64,000 nucleotides of DNA from a virus. Below the pieces are notes generated by a model. That model was not told the DNA's origin and searched no databases. It saw only the letters and a list, made by a program, of their open reading frames with translations. The stretch spans positions 58,286 to 122,285 of IMG/VR virus record IMGVR_UViG_3300032053_000013; one strand, 5' to 3'. This document shows, piece by piece, positions 53,218 to 62,498 of the stretch (its first letter is position 1; every line of letters begins with the position of its first letter). The position numbers and the translations under genes were made by a program.

Positions 53218-54194
53218 CGTATAACAAGGTGGAGGACCGGATGGGACTGAAGGACATCTTGGCGGCGGCCAGGAAGGCGCCGAGCGCGGTTCCCGAGTGG
53301 AGCCTCGGGGAGGTGCTGTGGGGCTACCTGGCCTCGCTGAGCGACGCGGAGGACGAGGGCCGGGAGCAGGGGTTCCACCCCTCCCAGCTCTTCGACTTCT
53401 GCCCGCGGCAGAGGGTCCTCGCCCACTTCTTCCCGAAGCCGGGCGAGGGCTACTTCTCGCCCGAGACGCGGACGCGGTTCGACTGGGGGACGGCGTGGCA
53501 CTGGTTCGTCCAGAACCACTACTTCGGCCCGATGGGGCTCCTGTGGGGGGACTGGCGGTGCAACCGGTGCGGGAAGGTGTGGAGGGACTCCCTCATGCCC
53601 CCGCCCGACATCGACTGCACCCCCAGCGCGGGCCCCCGCCGCGAGGACGAGGCCGTCCGCATCGTGCAGGCGGAGAGGGAGATCGAGGCGGGCAAGAGGC
53701 CCCGGCGCGGCGGGTACTGGACGTACCTGGAGAGGAGGGTCCGCACGGACGAGGGGATCGTCGGGCATGTCGACGGGATCCTCCAGATGCCGTGGGGCGA
53801 GAGGGCCCTCCTGGAGGTCAAGACGATGGACGGGAGGTGGTTCAAGACACTGTCCTCGCCCGACCCCAAGTACATGTTCCAGATCAGCGTGTACCTGTGG
53901 GCGACCGGCCTGGACCGATGCCTCCTGGCCTACTTCTCGAAGGACGCGGACCCGCAGAGGCCCAAGACCTTCTGGGTCAAGCGGGACGACGGGGTGGTCG
54001 AGGCCGTCAAGAGCAGGATCGCCCTCTACAAGAGGTCCTGGCCGGAGAAGCGGCTGTGCGTGGGAAACTGCGGGAGGGACACCGAGCGGGCCGCCGAGAA
54101 GTGCCCGCACCGCCTGGAGTGCTTCAGGCCCGACATCGAGGAGGCCGTCGAGAGGGAGCGCATACGGTATGCGCAGGAGGCGAAGAATTCCTGA
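53214..54194 (+). CDS. Cas4/AddB-like PD-(D/E)XK exonuclease
   Basis: PSQL..CPRQ, GHVDG, LEVKT, QISVY, C-terminal Cys cluster. Confidence 0.82.
   Translation: MTYNKVEDRMGLKDILAAARKAPSAVPEWSLGEVLWGYLASLSDAEDEGREQGFHPSQLFDFCPRQRVLAHFFPKPGEGYFSPETRTRFDWGTAWHWFVQNHYFGPMGLLWGDWRCNRCGKVWRDSLMPPPDIDCTPSAGPRREDEAVRIVQAEREIEAGKRPRRGGYWTYLERRVRTDEGIVGHVDGILQMPWGERALLEVKTMDGRWFKTLSSPDPKYMFQISVYLWATGLDRCLLAYFSKDADPQRPKTFWVKRDDGVVEAVKSRIALYKRSWPEKRLCVGNCGRDTERAAEKCPHRLECFRPDIEEAVERERIRYAQEAKNS
54158..54174. repeat. 17-bp palindrome GCGCATAC-G-GTATGCGC (copy 3)
   Basis: Contains the likely ATG (54169) of the next gene. Confidence 0.85.
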
Positions 54195-54843
54195 CAGCGG
54201 ATGGAAGAAGTGGGAGCGCCACGTCGCCACCCTCTTCAGCCGTTGGCTGGCGCAGGGGGGGACGGGCGTGGAGTCCGAGAGGATCCTCTCCCGGCAGGCC
54301 CTGATGGGGAGGATGGTGGAGCGGACCTACGGGGACCTCACCGTCCACCCCAAGTGCGCCGAGCGGTTCCTCCCGGCGGCGAGGTGGTTCATGGGGCGCG
54401 TCCAGGCGGACGCGAAGAACAGGAAGGCGTTCAGGCTCCCGGGGCTCCTGACGGCCCCTGCGCACCCCTTCTGGGGCTGGTGGGACAAGCTGTCGGAGGA
54501 GACCCCGCGGTACCGGAGGGAGATGATCCCCCCTGCGGAGGGGGAGGCCAAGTGGCGGACCAACGAGTGGGGCAAGGTCAGGATGATGGTTGTCATGAAC
54601 GCCCCCTCGAAGGAGCACCTCCTGGTGCTGGGGTTCGGGGACATGGACTTCTTCGAGAGCGCCATGGGGGGGATGGGGAAGGAGATCCCGACGATGGAGA
54701 TCCGTCGGGTCCACACGGAGGACGCGGTCAAGATAGTGGTCCTGGAGGACTTCCTGGAGTGGGCGGACCCGGTGTCGCTGGGGTGCCCGAAGGTGGAGGT
54801 AGGGGATGTTTCTGGAGAAGCTGGAGAGGTTCGCCAAGGGTAG
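54169..54843 (+). CDS. Hypothetical protein, possible divergent PD-(D/E)XK nuclease
   Basis: WERHVA..F N-terminus, GDL..ADAKN; start uncertain. Confidence 0.5.
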   Translation: MRRRRRIPDSGWKKWERHVATLFSRWLAQGGTGVESERILSRQALMGRMVERTYGDLTVHPKCAERFLPAARWFMGRVQADAKNRKAFRLPGLLTAPAHPFWGWWDKLSEETPRYRREMIPPAEGEAKWRTNEWGKVRMMVVMNAPSKEHLLVLGFGDMDFFESAMGGMGKEIPTMEIRRVHTEDAVKIVVLEDFLEWADPVSLGCPKVEVGDVSGEAGEVRQG

Positions 54844-55186
54844 CGGGATGGGCCTGGAGAGCGCGCTGAGGGAGCTGTGCGAGCGCAGGCGGATCCCGGT
54901 AGGGCAGGTCGCGAGGGACCTGAAGTCGCCCAAGAGGGAGGTCTTCTTCTGGGCCGACGCGTTCGGCATTTCCATCGAGGACCTGCCGCCCAAGGCGATC
55001 GCGTCGGCGAGGAGGAGGAAGGTGTCCCTGCGGGACTACTTCCTCAAGAACTTCGGGCAGGGCGTGGGGTGGATGGCTGAGGACCTGGGTGTGGCATTCA
55101 CGACCGTCGAGGAATACTACGCCGTCTTCTCTGGCGGCGAGGCGTGGAGGATGGAGCATGACGGACGCCGTGGCCGTAAGGCCTGA
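54806..55186 (+). CDS. Hypothetical protein (possible tandem HTH)
   Basis: GGAGG RBS; two HTH-like segments. Confidence 0.55.
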   Translation: MFLEKLERFAKGSGMGLESALRELCERRRIPVGQVARDLKSPKREVFFWADAFGISIEDLPPKAIASARRRKVSLRDYFLKNFGQGVGWMAEDLGVAFTTVEEYYAVFSGGEAWRMEHDGRRGRKA

Positions 55187-55967
55187 CAGGGGGAACGTCG
55201 CGGAGTGCAAGTGGACCCTCAAGAGGGTCGACGAGCTGGTCAAGATCGTGAACCAGTCCTACTTGGAGCTGTGCGAGCTTCTCTACAAGGTCAAGGAGAA
55301 CGAGTGGTTTCGGGCGCTGGAGGGGAAGGACAAAGAGCTGTACGCCACCTTCGAGGAGTACGTGGCCGACCGGCTGGGGTGGAAGAAGCGGAAGGGCCAG
55401 TATTTCGTCCGCATCCAGAAGGAGCTCATGGTGGAGGCGGGCCTCAAGCGGGAGGACCTGGCAGGGGTCGAGTACTCGAAGGCAGAGGTGCTGACGGGGC
55501 TGCCGCCCTCCGAGAAGACGCCGGGGAGGATCGGGGGGTGGATCGACCGGGCGAGGTCGTCCCAGGTCGACGACCTCCGCGCCTCGGTGAACAAGGTCAG
55601 GAACGAGGTCGAGAAGGGGAAGGTCCTCAAGACCGAAGTCGACAGGACCGAGACGTTCTACGTCACGGCGGACCAGCAGACGAACATCGACCTGGCCCTG
55701 TCGGTCGCGAAGAAGATCGCCGGGCCGAACGTGGGGAGGGGGTACGCCCTCGACATGATCTGCACCGAGTTCCTCTCGGGGAGGATCGAGGAGGGCAGGA
55801 TCATGGCGAGTCGGATCCTAAAGAGGGTCGAGCAGGTCTTCAACATCCAGGTGATCGCGTTCGAGGAGAGGGGCGAGGAGATGGAGATTGTCTACGGCGA
55901 CAAGATCGCCAAGAAGTTCGGGATCGAGGTCGAGCACAAGAAGAAGGGTCTGGATATCCCGAGATGA
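55158..55967 (+). CDS. Hypothetical protein
   Basis: 269-aa GC3-rich ORF. Confidence 0.7.
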   Translation: MTDAVAVRPDRGNVAECKWTLKRVDELVKIVNQSYLELCELLYKVKENEWFRALEGKDKELYATFEEYVADRLGWKKRKGQYFVRIQKELMVEAGLKREDLAGVEYSKAEVLTGLPPSEKTPGRIGGWIDRARSSQVDDLRASVNKVRNEVEKGKVLKTEVDRTETFYVTADQQTNIDLALSVAKKIAGPNVGRGYALDMICTEFLSGRIEEGRIMASRILKRVEQVFNIQVIAFEERGEEMEIVYGDKIAKKFGIEVEHKKKGLDIPR

Positions 55968-56308
55968 CCGAGAAGCACGACAGGCTGTTCCAGTTCCAGG
56001 ACGCGGTCGCCGCCTCCCTCTTCGTGGGGTGGCTGGATGAGGCGAATGTCCACGACCGCGTGTGGACCGGACCCTTCGTGCGCGTGGCGGCGGACGAGGA
56101 GAGGATGGGGAAGGTGGAGAGCGAGGCGAGGACCAGAGGCGGGAGGCCCGTCGGAGAGCGGAAGTGCCCTGTCCCGTCGGTCGAGAGGTTGCTTGCGGGA
56201 ATGGAGGGATGGCGTGAGATCTACGGAGGAGTCCCCGAGGACGAAGACGGAGCACGCGTACCTGGTGGAGCAGAGGGGCCCGAGCGAGTGGATCGTCAGG
56301 AAGGTTGA
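55964..56308 (+). CDS. Hypothetical protein
   Basis: ATGA overlap. Confidence 0.5.
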   Translation: MTEKHDRLFQFQDAVAASLFVGWLDEANVHDRVWTGPFVRVAADEERMGKVESEARTRGGRPVGERKCPVPSVERLLAGMEGWREIYGGVPEDEDGARVPGGAEGPERVDRQEG

Positions 56309-56696
56309 CCTGGCCGTCCCCGACGCCGTTCTCGCCGAGCACAGGATCCTGGCCGGGCGGTGCGACTGCGAGGGGTTCTCCCGGTCGGACGGCCTGCGGT
56401 GCAGGCACACCGACATGGTCCTCACCAACCCCACGATCACGGACCACCGGATCGCCCGCAGGGCGGCCTCCGAGGTCATCTCCATGTGGTCCCCCGTCTT
56501 CGACAGGATAGTCTTCGACGAGTACGTGGAGTTCGGGCCGGGGGAGGGCGACGTGTTCGCGGCCCCGGGGGAGGAGGCGGGGGTCAGGGCGGTGCGGCTC
56601 GCGGCCAGGGGGAGCCCCGTCAAGAGCAATGGAAAGGAGTACCGGCGGGCGTTCTGCGTCCGGCGGAAGGTGCAGGTCATCTTGGACATCTCATGA
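56214..56696 (+). CDS. SWIM-like zinc-finger protein
   Basis: CDCEGF....CRH; start uncertain. Confidence 0.6.
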   Translation: MRSTEESPRTKTEHAYLVEQRGPSEWIVRKVDLAVPDAVLAEHRILAGRCDCEGFSRSDGLRCRHTDMVLTNPTITDHRIARRAASEVISMWSPVFDRIVFDEYVEFGPGEGDVFAAPGEEAGVRAVRLAARGSPVKSNGKEYRRAFCVRRKVQVILDIS

Positions 56697-56704
56697 GGTG
56701 AAGC

Positions 56705-57100
56705 ATGGCGAAGAAGAAGCGCGGCGGTGCCGCACGGGCCCCGTCCAACAGGCTGACGGCGGCGAGGTGGGTGTCGGAGGCGTACGGCGAGAAGGGGCTG
56801 CGGGCGCTCCGGGCCATGGGTCCGGAGTTCTCCAGGTGCCTTCAGGACGAGATCCTTCACGTCCGCAGGCGCAACGAGCTGCTCGACCGGAAGGCGCGGC
56901 TGGAGAAGGCCATCTCGGACCTGAACGAGAGGCTCGTGGACATCGGGGAGTGGAAGTCCGACATGGGGTCGTGCTTCCCCAGGCTGGAGATGATCGTCAA
57001 GGCCCTTCCCGATATCGCCAGGGAGAAGCCGACGGCGGACGAGCCCAAGGAGAAGGCTCCGGAGGGCGAGCCCGTCGAGGCCAGCACGACCCAGGGGTAG
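56705..57100 (+). CDS. Hypothetical coiled-coil protein
   Basis: GAGGTG RBS. Confidence 0.65.
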   Translation: MAKKKRGGAARAPSNRLTAARWVSEAYGEKGLRALRAMGPEFSRCLQDEILHVRRRNELLDRKARLEKAISDLNERLVDIGEWKSDMGSCFPRLEMIVKALPDIAREKPTADEPKEKAPEGEPVEASTTQG

Positions 57101-57212
57101 ACCCTCTGGCGATGCGTGGGACGCTGGGCCCCTGTCTGCGCCCGCAGACGCTGTTGCAAGACGGCTGCCGAGGACCGGGCGCGGGGGGCCCGCACCATTT
57201 TTGAGGTGAGGC

Positions 57213-57590
57213 ATGGGAGAGGAGAATCCGGTCCAGCAGAAGCCACCGGCGGAGGAGAACCTCGCGCTCTACGGGGCGGTGTGCTCCATCTTCTACTTCA
57301 TCGACGGGGACCCCAACGTCGTCCTCGGGCTGGAGATCCCGAAGCTGGACGCCTTCTACCGCCAGCGGGTCGGCGTCCCGATCCACCTCGGGACGTGGCC
57401 GGAGATAGAGAGGACCGTCCTCGCCCGCCTGAACGAGGTGAAGCCGCTCCTGAAGAAGAAGGGGAAGCCCATCCAGGTCAGGATCATAGGGCCGGTCCAG
57501 GCCTGGCTCGGGATGCGGCTCTACAAGCTCGTCTATCCGCACGCCGACCAGGTGTTCTACACCGAGGGCGAGGCGATCGTCGATATATGA
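57213..57590 (+). CDS. Hypothetical protein
   Basis: GAGG RBS. Confidence 0.7.
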   Translation: MGEENPVQQKPPAEENLALYGAVCSIFYFIDGDPNVVLGLEIPKLDAFYRQRVGVPIHLGTWPEIERTVLARLNEVKPLLKKKGKPIQVRIIGPVQAWLGMRLYKLVYPHADQVFYTEGEAIVDI

Positions 57591-57940
57591 GCCGGGTCTT
57601 CCCAGACGACTGCTACCTATCGAGGAGGGAGAGGCTCATCTTCCTCGACACGATGCTGGAGGGGGAGATCCCGTGCTTCGGGTGCCCGGTGCCAGCGTGT
57701 CAGGCGAAGGCGGACCTGATGGCGGCCATCACGCTGTCCGGGGGGGGCGTGTCGGATTTCCAATCCGTCAAGTGCCCCCGGTGCGGGGGGAGGGTGCGCG
57801 AGTGGCGGGTGGACGGGATGTCGAGGGTGTGGCGGTGCAGGAACCCCGTGGAGGTGGACACCATGGGCATGGGGAAGTCCTGGATGGAGTGCGGGGGAAC
57901 CTACTCCGTGATGGGCGGGCTCGTCCTGACCAAAAGTTGA
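57587..57940 (+). CDS. Cys-rich zinc-ribbon protein
   Basis: CFGC..C, CPRCG, WRC..ECG. Confidence 0.6.
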   Translation: MSRVFPDDCYLSRRERLIFLDTMLEGEIPCFGCPVPACQAKADLMAAITLSGGGVSDFQSVKCPRCGGRVREWRVDGMSRVWRCRNPVEVDTMGMGKSWMECGGTYSVMGGLVLTKS

Positions 57941-57953
57941 AACGGGGTATAAT
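57926..57953 (+). promoter_or_regulatory. Variant promoter CTGACC-N16-TATAAT
   Basis: Same spacing, A-rich spacer. Confidence 0.65.
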
Positions 57954-58000
57954 AGGGGCGTGGATCTGTGGCACTCGGGAGTCCGGTGGAGGTGGACGGG

Positions 58001-58366
58001 ATGAAGGCTGCGGCGGACATGGCGGCGGGAAACGACGAGAAGGCGGCGCTGGCGAAGGAGCTGGAGAAGGTCGCCATGGACATCAAGGGGCTGGAGAAGG
58101 AGCGCGACCGGCTGAAGCGGAAGCTCCTCCCCCTCATGTCCCTGGGCGAGCGGATCGGCCTCGTCGAGAAGGGCCAGCGGGAGACGCTGGACGTCTCCGA
58201 CGAGCTGCTCTCCGCGCTGGAGAGGGACCTGGGGCCCGAGGCGGTGCGCCGGGAGGTCAACACCCCCTGGCTCCGCGAGAGGATGAGGGAGGACGCGGCC
58301 CTCGACGCCCGCATCCCGCGGAAGGCGGGGGACCCCTTCCTCACCGTGGGGGAGAAGCGGTCGTGA
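58001..58366 (+). CDS. Hypothetical coiled-coil protein
   Basis: GGAGG RBS. Confidence 0.65.
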   Translation: MKAAADMAAGNDEKAALAKELEKVAMDIKGLEKERDRLKRKLLPLMSLGERIGLVEKGQRETLDVSDELLSALERDLGPEAVRREVNTPWLRERMREDAALDARIPRKAGDPFLTVGEKRS

Positions 58367-58806
58367 TCTGCGAGGTCTACCTCCTGGTTAACCTGAGCGG
58401 GACGAAGACCAGGCAGTGGGTCCTCGTCGCCGCTGGTAGGGCCTTCCCCGAGGTCTTCACCAGACTCGGGCTGGCGAAGGCGGTGGCGTGGTGCATCTCC
58501 AAGGAGACCACCATGCAGGCGGACCTGTCCGAGAGGGACCGGGGCAAGGTGCTGGAAAGGGTGAAGGCCAAGATCCTCAAGGAGATCGAGGGGACGATCT
58601 CCGTCGAGAGGGGGAGGTGCCCCCAGGGCCGGATGAGTCTTGGGGCCTTCGACCTGGGGTTCGAGGCCTGCCTGAAGTGCCCCCATCTCCGGGTGGGCGA
58701 GGCCAGGCCGGGTCCGGCGGGGAAGCCGTCCGTCCGAGACGGCTTGTGGGAGTGCGGGGCGATCCTCCAGCAGGTCATAGTTGCGAGAAGGCTCGCCGAT
58801 CGGTAG
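58363..58806 (+). CDS. Hypothetical protein
   Basis: GTGA overlap. Confidence 0.55.
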   Translation: MICEVYLLVNLSGTKTRQWVLVAAGRAFPEVFTRLGLAKAVAWCISKETTMQADLSERDRGKVLERVKAKILKEIEGTISVERGRCPQGRMSLGAFDLGFEACLKCPHLRVGEARPGPAGKPSVRDGLWECGAILQQVIVARRLADR

Positions 58807-58809
58807 CGC

Positions 58810-59169
58810 ATGGCGAAGAACGGGTGGTACCGGACGGGCAAGATGCCCGAGGAAGACCCGATCACCGAGAAGCAGCTCTGGTTCGTCCGGAAGCACTCCG
58901 CCGACGTGCTGGACGTGCTGGAGCCGAGGGAGCGGTGCGCCGTCGATCTCATGGGGTACGAGGAGTGGTCGGCGGGGCTGACGAAGAGGGAGGCGAGCGA
59001 GATCATCGGGGTCCTGAAGGGGGAGGCCGTCGCCCGCGAGGTCTCCCGCAGGACCGAGGTGGGGGCGAGGGCGGTCGCGCTGTCGGTCGACCGGCGCCCC
59101 AAGAGGAAGTGGTACGACACGCAGTTCGGAGGCGCGAGGAATGACAAAGAGGCTGATCAAGGACGCTGA
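58810..59169 (+). CDS. Hypothetical protein
   Basis: ITEKQL..LTKREASEII motif. Confidence 0.65.
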   Translation: MAKNGWYRTGKMPEEDPITEKQLWFVRKHSADVLDVLEPRERCAVDLMGYEEWSAGLTKREASEIIGVLKGEAVAREVSRRTEVGARAVALSVDRRPKRKWYDTQFGGARNDKEADQGR

Positions 59170-59584
59170 GGTGGCGGAGTTCCTGGAGGCGTTCAAGGGC
59201 CGGACCCAGGAGGAGCAGGAGCGGTCGCCCGTGTGGCAGTCGCTCATCGGCTTCCCCGGGTGGGGCATGGCGAGGTTCAAGCTGGAGGAGGTGCGGATCC
59301 CGGTCATCCCGTCGGCGGAGCTGCCCGACCCGAGGTCGACGCCGCTGGAGAAGGCCGAGTTCACCCGCAGGCAGGAAGGCGTGGCGGTCACGGACGAGGG
59401 CAAGGGGAGGCCGACGCCGGGCGCGATGACCTCGATCTCCATGCCGGGCCAGGACAACCCGTGGTCCGACGTGCGGACGCCGACCGAGGGCGGGCCGGTG
59501 TTCCTGGCGATCAAGACCGAGGTGCCGCCGCCGTTCCCCGGGGCGTGGGAGAGGCGCGAGGGAGGGTGGTTCCGCAAGGAGTAG
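59141..59584 (+). CDS. Hypothetical protein
   Basis: GAGGA RBS. Confidence 0.65.
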   Translation: MTKRLIKDAEVAEFLEAFKGRTQEEQERSPVWQSLIGFPGWGMARFKLEEVRIPVIPSAELPDPRSTPLEKAEFTRRQEGVAVTDEGKGRPTPGAMTSISMPGQDNPWSDVRTPTEGGPVFLAIKTEVPPPFPGAWERREGGWFRKE

Positions 59585-59587
59585 GCC

Positions 59588-59758
59588 ATGCCCGGCAGGG
59601 AAGACCTGATCGACGCCAAGCGGAGTCTGTATTCCGAGCTCCTCAAGATTCCCCCGGGCCAGTTGACGGACTCCGACCTGGACGTGATGTCGGCCCTTAT
59701 GAAGGACGCGGACATCCAGCGGATCCTCGACAGGCACCTGAAGGCGGAGAGGGCGTGA
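59588..59758 (+). CDS. Small hypothetical protein (56 aa)
   Basis: Read from sequence: MPGREDLIDAKRSLYSELLKIP..ERA; AAGGAG RBS. Confidence 0.6.
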   Translation: MPGREDLIDAKRSLYSELLKIPPGQLTDSDLDVMSALMKDADIQRILDRHLKAERA

Positions 59759-59761
59759 CAG

Positions 59762-60202
59762 ATGCCTCACATGCCGATGAGCGAGCACTGCCGCAAGACG
59801 GGCGAGCAGAACTGCCACCTCTGCGAGAACGCGGACTGCAACGACAACATGACCCCGTCCATCCTCAGGCTGAAGGTGTGCCTGGCGGAAGCGACGAGGG
59901 AGCGCGAGGAGATCATCCGGGCCGCGAGAGGTCAGACGACGGACCCGGAAGTTGCGAAGGCCAACTCGGTGATCAGGAGCCTGACGCAGGAGGCCAAGGT
60001 CGTCAGGGAGCAGCTGCGGCGGGCGGAGAAGCAGAAGGACGAGATCGCGGACGAGTGCCGGGGGTTCGGCGCGAAGCTCGACAGCCTGGAGAAGGTGGTG
60101 GTCGAGGCCCTCGTCACGTTCGGGGGCAGGACGGTCCCCCTCAAGGAGATGGTGGACGCGGTGAGGACGGCCAGGGTCATTGGGGGTAGCGATGGGGGAT
60201 AG
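59762..60202 (+). CDS. Hypothetical protein
   Basis: N-terminal Cys cluster plus coiled coil. Confidence 0.65.
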   Translation: MPHMPMSEHCRKTGEQNCHLCENADCNDNMTPSILRLKVCLAEATREREEIIRAARGQTTDPEVAKANSVIRSLTQEAKVVREQLRRAEKQKDEIADECRGFGAKLDSLEKVVVEALVTFGGRTVPLKEMVDAVRTARVIGGSDGG

Positions 60203-60548
60203 AGAGACAGGCAGGGTGTCGAGGCTGCATGGCGTCTGCAAGGTGTGCAGGGTGTCGCAGCCACGCGGGCTGATTCGCCCCCTTCCCGCCAGCATCGAGA
60301 TGCGGGTGGCGGACGCCCTGTCCGACGAGGGCGACATGGGTCGAAGGCCCGCGTACGTCTACGTCTGCCGGGAGTGCTGGCTGAAGTTCATCTCCAAGAT
60401 GAGCAAGGGGGAGATGATCGCTGTCCTTGAGGCGGTCTCCTGCGACCTCCAGGAGGTCCACAGAGTCCTGTGCGAGAAGATGGGTAGTAGGGTTGATAAC
60501 ATCCCTGGAGACGGGCTCATTCCCGATGCCGTCGACATCCCGTTTTAG
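60192..60548 (+). CDS. Hypothetical zinc-binding protein
   Basis: CKVC..CREC. Confidence 0.55.
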   Translation: MGDRETGRVSRLHGVCKVCRVSQPRGLIRPLPASIEMRVADALSDEGDMGRRPAYVYVCRECWLKFISKMSKGEMIAVLEAVSCDLQEVHRVLCEKMGSRVDNIPGDGLIPDAVDIPF

Positions 60549-60601
60549 AGGGCACCCGTGAAGATCCTGACAGGCGGTGGGCGACAGGATGGGGGAGAAA
60601 G

Positions 60602-60922
60602 ATGCGAAAGCCGGGCGATAGGGCCGGGGTGAAGGCCAGGGAGCCGTCGGTCCACGTCTGCCGGGCCGTGAGGCCGAAGTGCTACGCCGTCCTGTGGTCC
60701 TACGGGGAGATCTGCGTCGGGTGCGGGTGCTGCGCCAAGGACCTGGAGGCGCGGCGGAAGGCGCGGCTCAAGTACCACCGGGAGCTGCTCAAGGAGTGCA
60801 GGGCGTTCAAGTTCGACGAGGACGAGGAGATCCGCAAGATCCAGAGGAAGAACAACGCGTCGTGGGTTCGCTGGCACGAGAGGCGGATCAGGGAGCTGAC
60901 GAGGGCGAAGCGAGGGACCTGA
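60602..60922 (+). CDS. Hypothetical Cys-rich protein
   Basis: CYA..GEICVGCGCC. Confidence 0.65.
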   Translation: MRKPGDRAGVKAREPSVHVCRAVRPKCYAVLWSYGEICVGCGCCAKDLEARRKARLKYHRELLKECRAFKFDEDEEIRKIQRKNNASWVRWHERRIRELTRAKRGT

Positions 60923-60924
60923 CC

Positions 60925-61410
60925 ATGGACAGCACCGGGGACACGACGAGGCATATCGGGAGGGTGCGGGAGATACTCTCGGCCGTGGCGGAGAGGCTGG
61001 AGAACCGGGGGCTGGGCCACGACCGCTCCAAGCTGGAGGAGCCGGAGAAGTCGGCCTTCGACGAGTTCACCCCGAAGCTTCGTGGCAGCACTTACGGGAG
61101 CATGGAGTATCAGGGGTTTCTGGCTGACATGAAGCCTGCGCTGGATCACCACTACGAGGCGAACCGTCATCACCCCGAGCATTTCTCAGCCGGGATCTCC
61201 GGCATGACCCTGATCGACCTGGTGGAGATGCTGGCGGACTGGAAGGCCGCGTCGGAAAGGCATTCGGCGGGGGACGTGCTCAAGAGCATCGAGATCAACG
61301 CGAGGCGGTTCGAGATTGTGAACCAGCTCCGGGAGATCCTGACGAACACGGCGAAGGCCCTCTGGCCGCCGGAGACGACGAAGAATGGAAAAGCCAAGGA
61401 CGGTAGTTGA
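60925..61410 (+). CDS. HD-like phage protein (DUF5662 type)
   Basis: HDRSKL..HHY..NRHHPEH..MTLIDLVEMLADWKAA. Confidence 0.75.
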   Translation: MDSTGDTTRHIGRVREILSAVAERLENRGLGHDRSKLEEPEKSAFDEFTPKLRGSTYGSMEYQGFLADMKPALDHHYEANRHHPEHFSAGISGMTLIDLVEMLADWKAASERHSAGDVLKSIEINARRFEIVNQLREILTNTAKALWPPETTKNGKAKDGS

Positions 61411-61579
61411 CGCGGCCACCCAGACCATGCGATGCGACGTGTGCAAGGACGAGGTGCCGATCCCCCTCGGGAGCCTGGGATGGGTAGCGGCGGTGTGCGA
61501 GGCCTTCGACAGGGCGCACAGGGGCTGCCGCGGGGTCCCCGGCGCCACGACGTTCTCGGTCCCGGTCAAGAGGGCCTGA
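61385..61579 (+). CDS. Small zinc-binding protein
   Basis: CDVC..HRGC. Confidence 0.55.
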   Translation: MEKPRTVVDAATQTMRCDVCKDEVPIPLGSLGWVAAVCEAFDRAHRGCRGVPGATTFSVPVKRA

Positions 61580-61580
61580 C

Positions 61581-61898
61581 ATGGACATCTTCGAGACGAA
61601 GAGGGCGGGCGAGGTGGACCTCGACGACCCGACGATCTACAGGAGCGGGGACTGGGACGAGCACAAGACGGTGGACCAGCTTCGCATCTGGGCATGGTCC
61701 CTGCTCGGCCAGTCGCTCGTCTACATGGACTTCCTCCACCCCGACGCGGACTGGGGCGAGCAGAGGGAGAGGGTCCGCAAGTTCTGCAAGGCGTTCGCCG
61801 GCGCCTTCTGGCTGTTCCCGCGGGACACGAAGGAGGGCCGAGCCTGGTGGCGCAAGCTCATCTGGAAGTTCCGGGACGAGGTGGAGAACCAGTGTTGA
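61581..61898 (+). CDS. Hypothetical protein
   Basis: GC3-rich frame. Confidence 0.65.
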   Translation: MDIFETKRAGEVDLDDPTIYRSGDWDEHKTVDQLRIWAWSLLGQSLVYMDFLHPDADWGEQRERVRKFCKAFAGAFWLFPRDTKEGRAWWRKLIWKFRDEVENQC

Positions 61899-61931
61899 GC
61901 AGACCGACAGATTTGAACAGGGAGGGCAGAA

Positions 61932-62174
61932 ATGAAGTTCAAGCCGTTCGATGAAGATCAGGCCAGAAAGGACATAGCCGCGCTAAAAGCCGAAATCGCC
62001 GAGTTGGAGACGCGATTGGCCGAGGCGCACCTTACACTTCGAGACCAATATGCCGGGCAGGCGATGCAGGCCGAGGCCGTTCGCCTTCCAGAAGGATCTC
62101 CAGAGATGATCGCAGAGCAGGCGTTTCGTCTTGCCAACGCGATGATGGATCGAAGAGGCAAGAAGCGAGAATAA
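61932..62174 (+). CDS. Small hypothetical protein
   Basis: GGAGG RBS; LRDQYAGQAMQA..AFRLANAMM. Confidence 0.65.
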   Translation: MKFKPFDEDQARKDIAALKAEIAELETRLAEAHLTLRDQYAGQAMQAEAVRLPEGSPEMIAEQAFRLANAMMDRRGKKRE

Positions 62175-62191
62175 TACAGATCGGCTAATTT

Positions 62192-62470
62192 GTGAGGTAC
62201 GAGATGCCCACTTGCAAAGAGGGATACGTTTCAAAAGCAGTTGCCAAGATCATGAAATGGGAAGAGGGTGGAAGTTGCGTCCTCGACTTCGCCCAGGCTG
62301 TCGCGTCTGGTGCCAGGGGAGCGTCCGATCCGTTGTCTCCCTCAGCTTTCAAGAACGCCATGAAGGTGCTACGGTTCTACCGGGATCATTGGGTGCCCAG
62401 CAAGGACGCCTACGATGCGGCGGTGTTCTGCATCATCGAAAGAGCGATCCAGTTGGGAGAGCGGCGTTAA
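62192..62470 (+). CDS. Small hypothetical protein
   Basis: In tandem small-ORF run. Confidence 0.55.
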   Translation: MRYEMPTCKEGYVSKAVAKIMKWEEGGSCVLDFAQAVASGARGASDPLSPSAFKNAMKVLRFYRDHWVPSKDAYDAAVFCIIERAIQLGERR

Positions 62471-62498
62471 CTGATCCGAAGATAAGTGAAGGTGAAAC

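Noticed and set aside
53214-54194. CRISPR-Cas locus
   Set aside because: The Cas4-like nuclease sits in a recombination operon; no repeat-spacer array or other cas genes seen.
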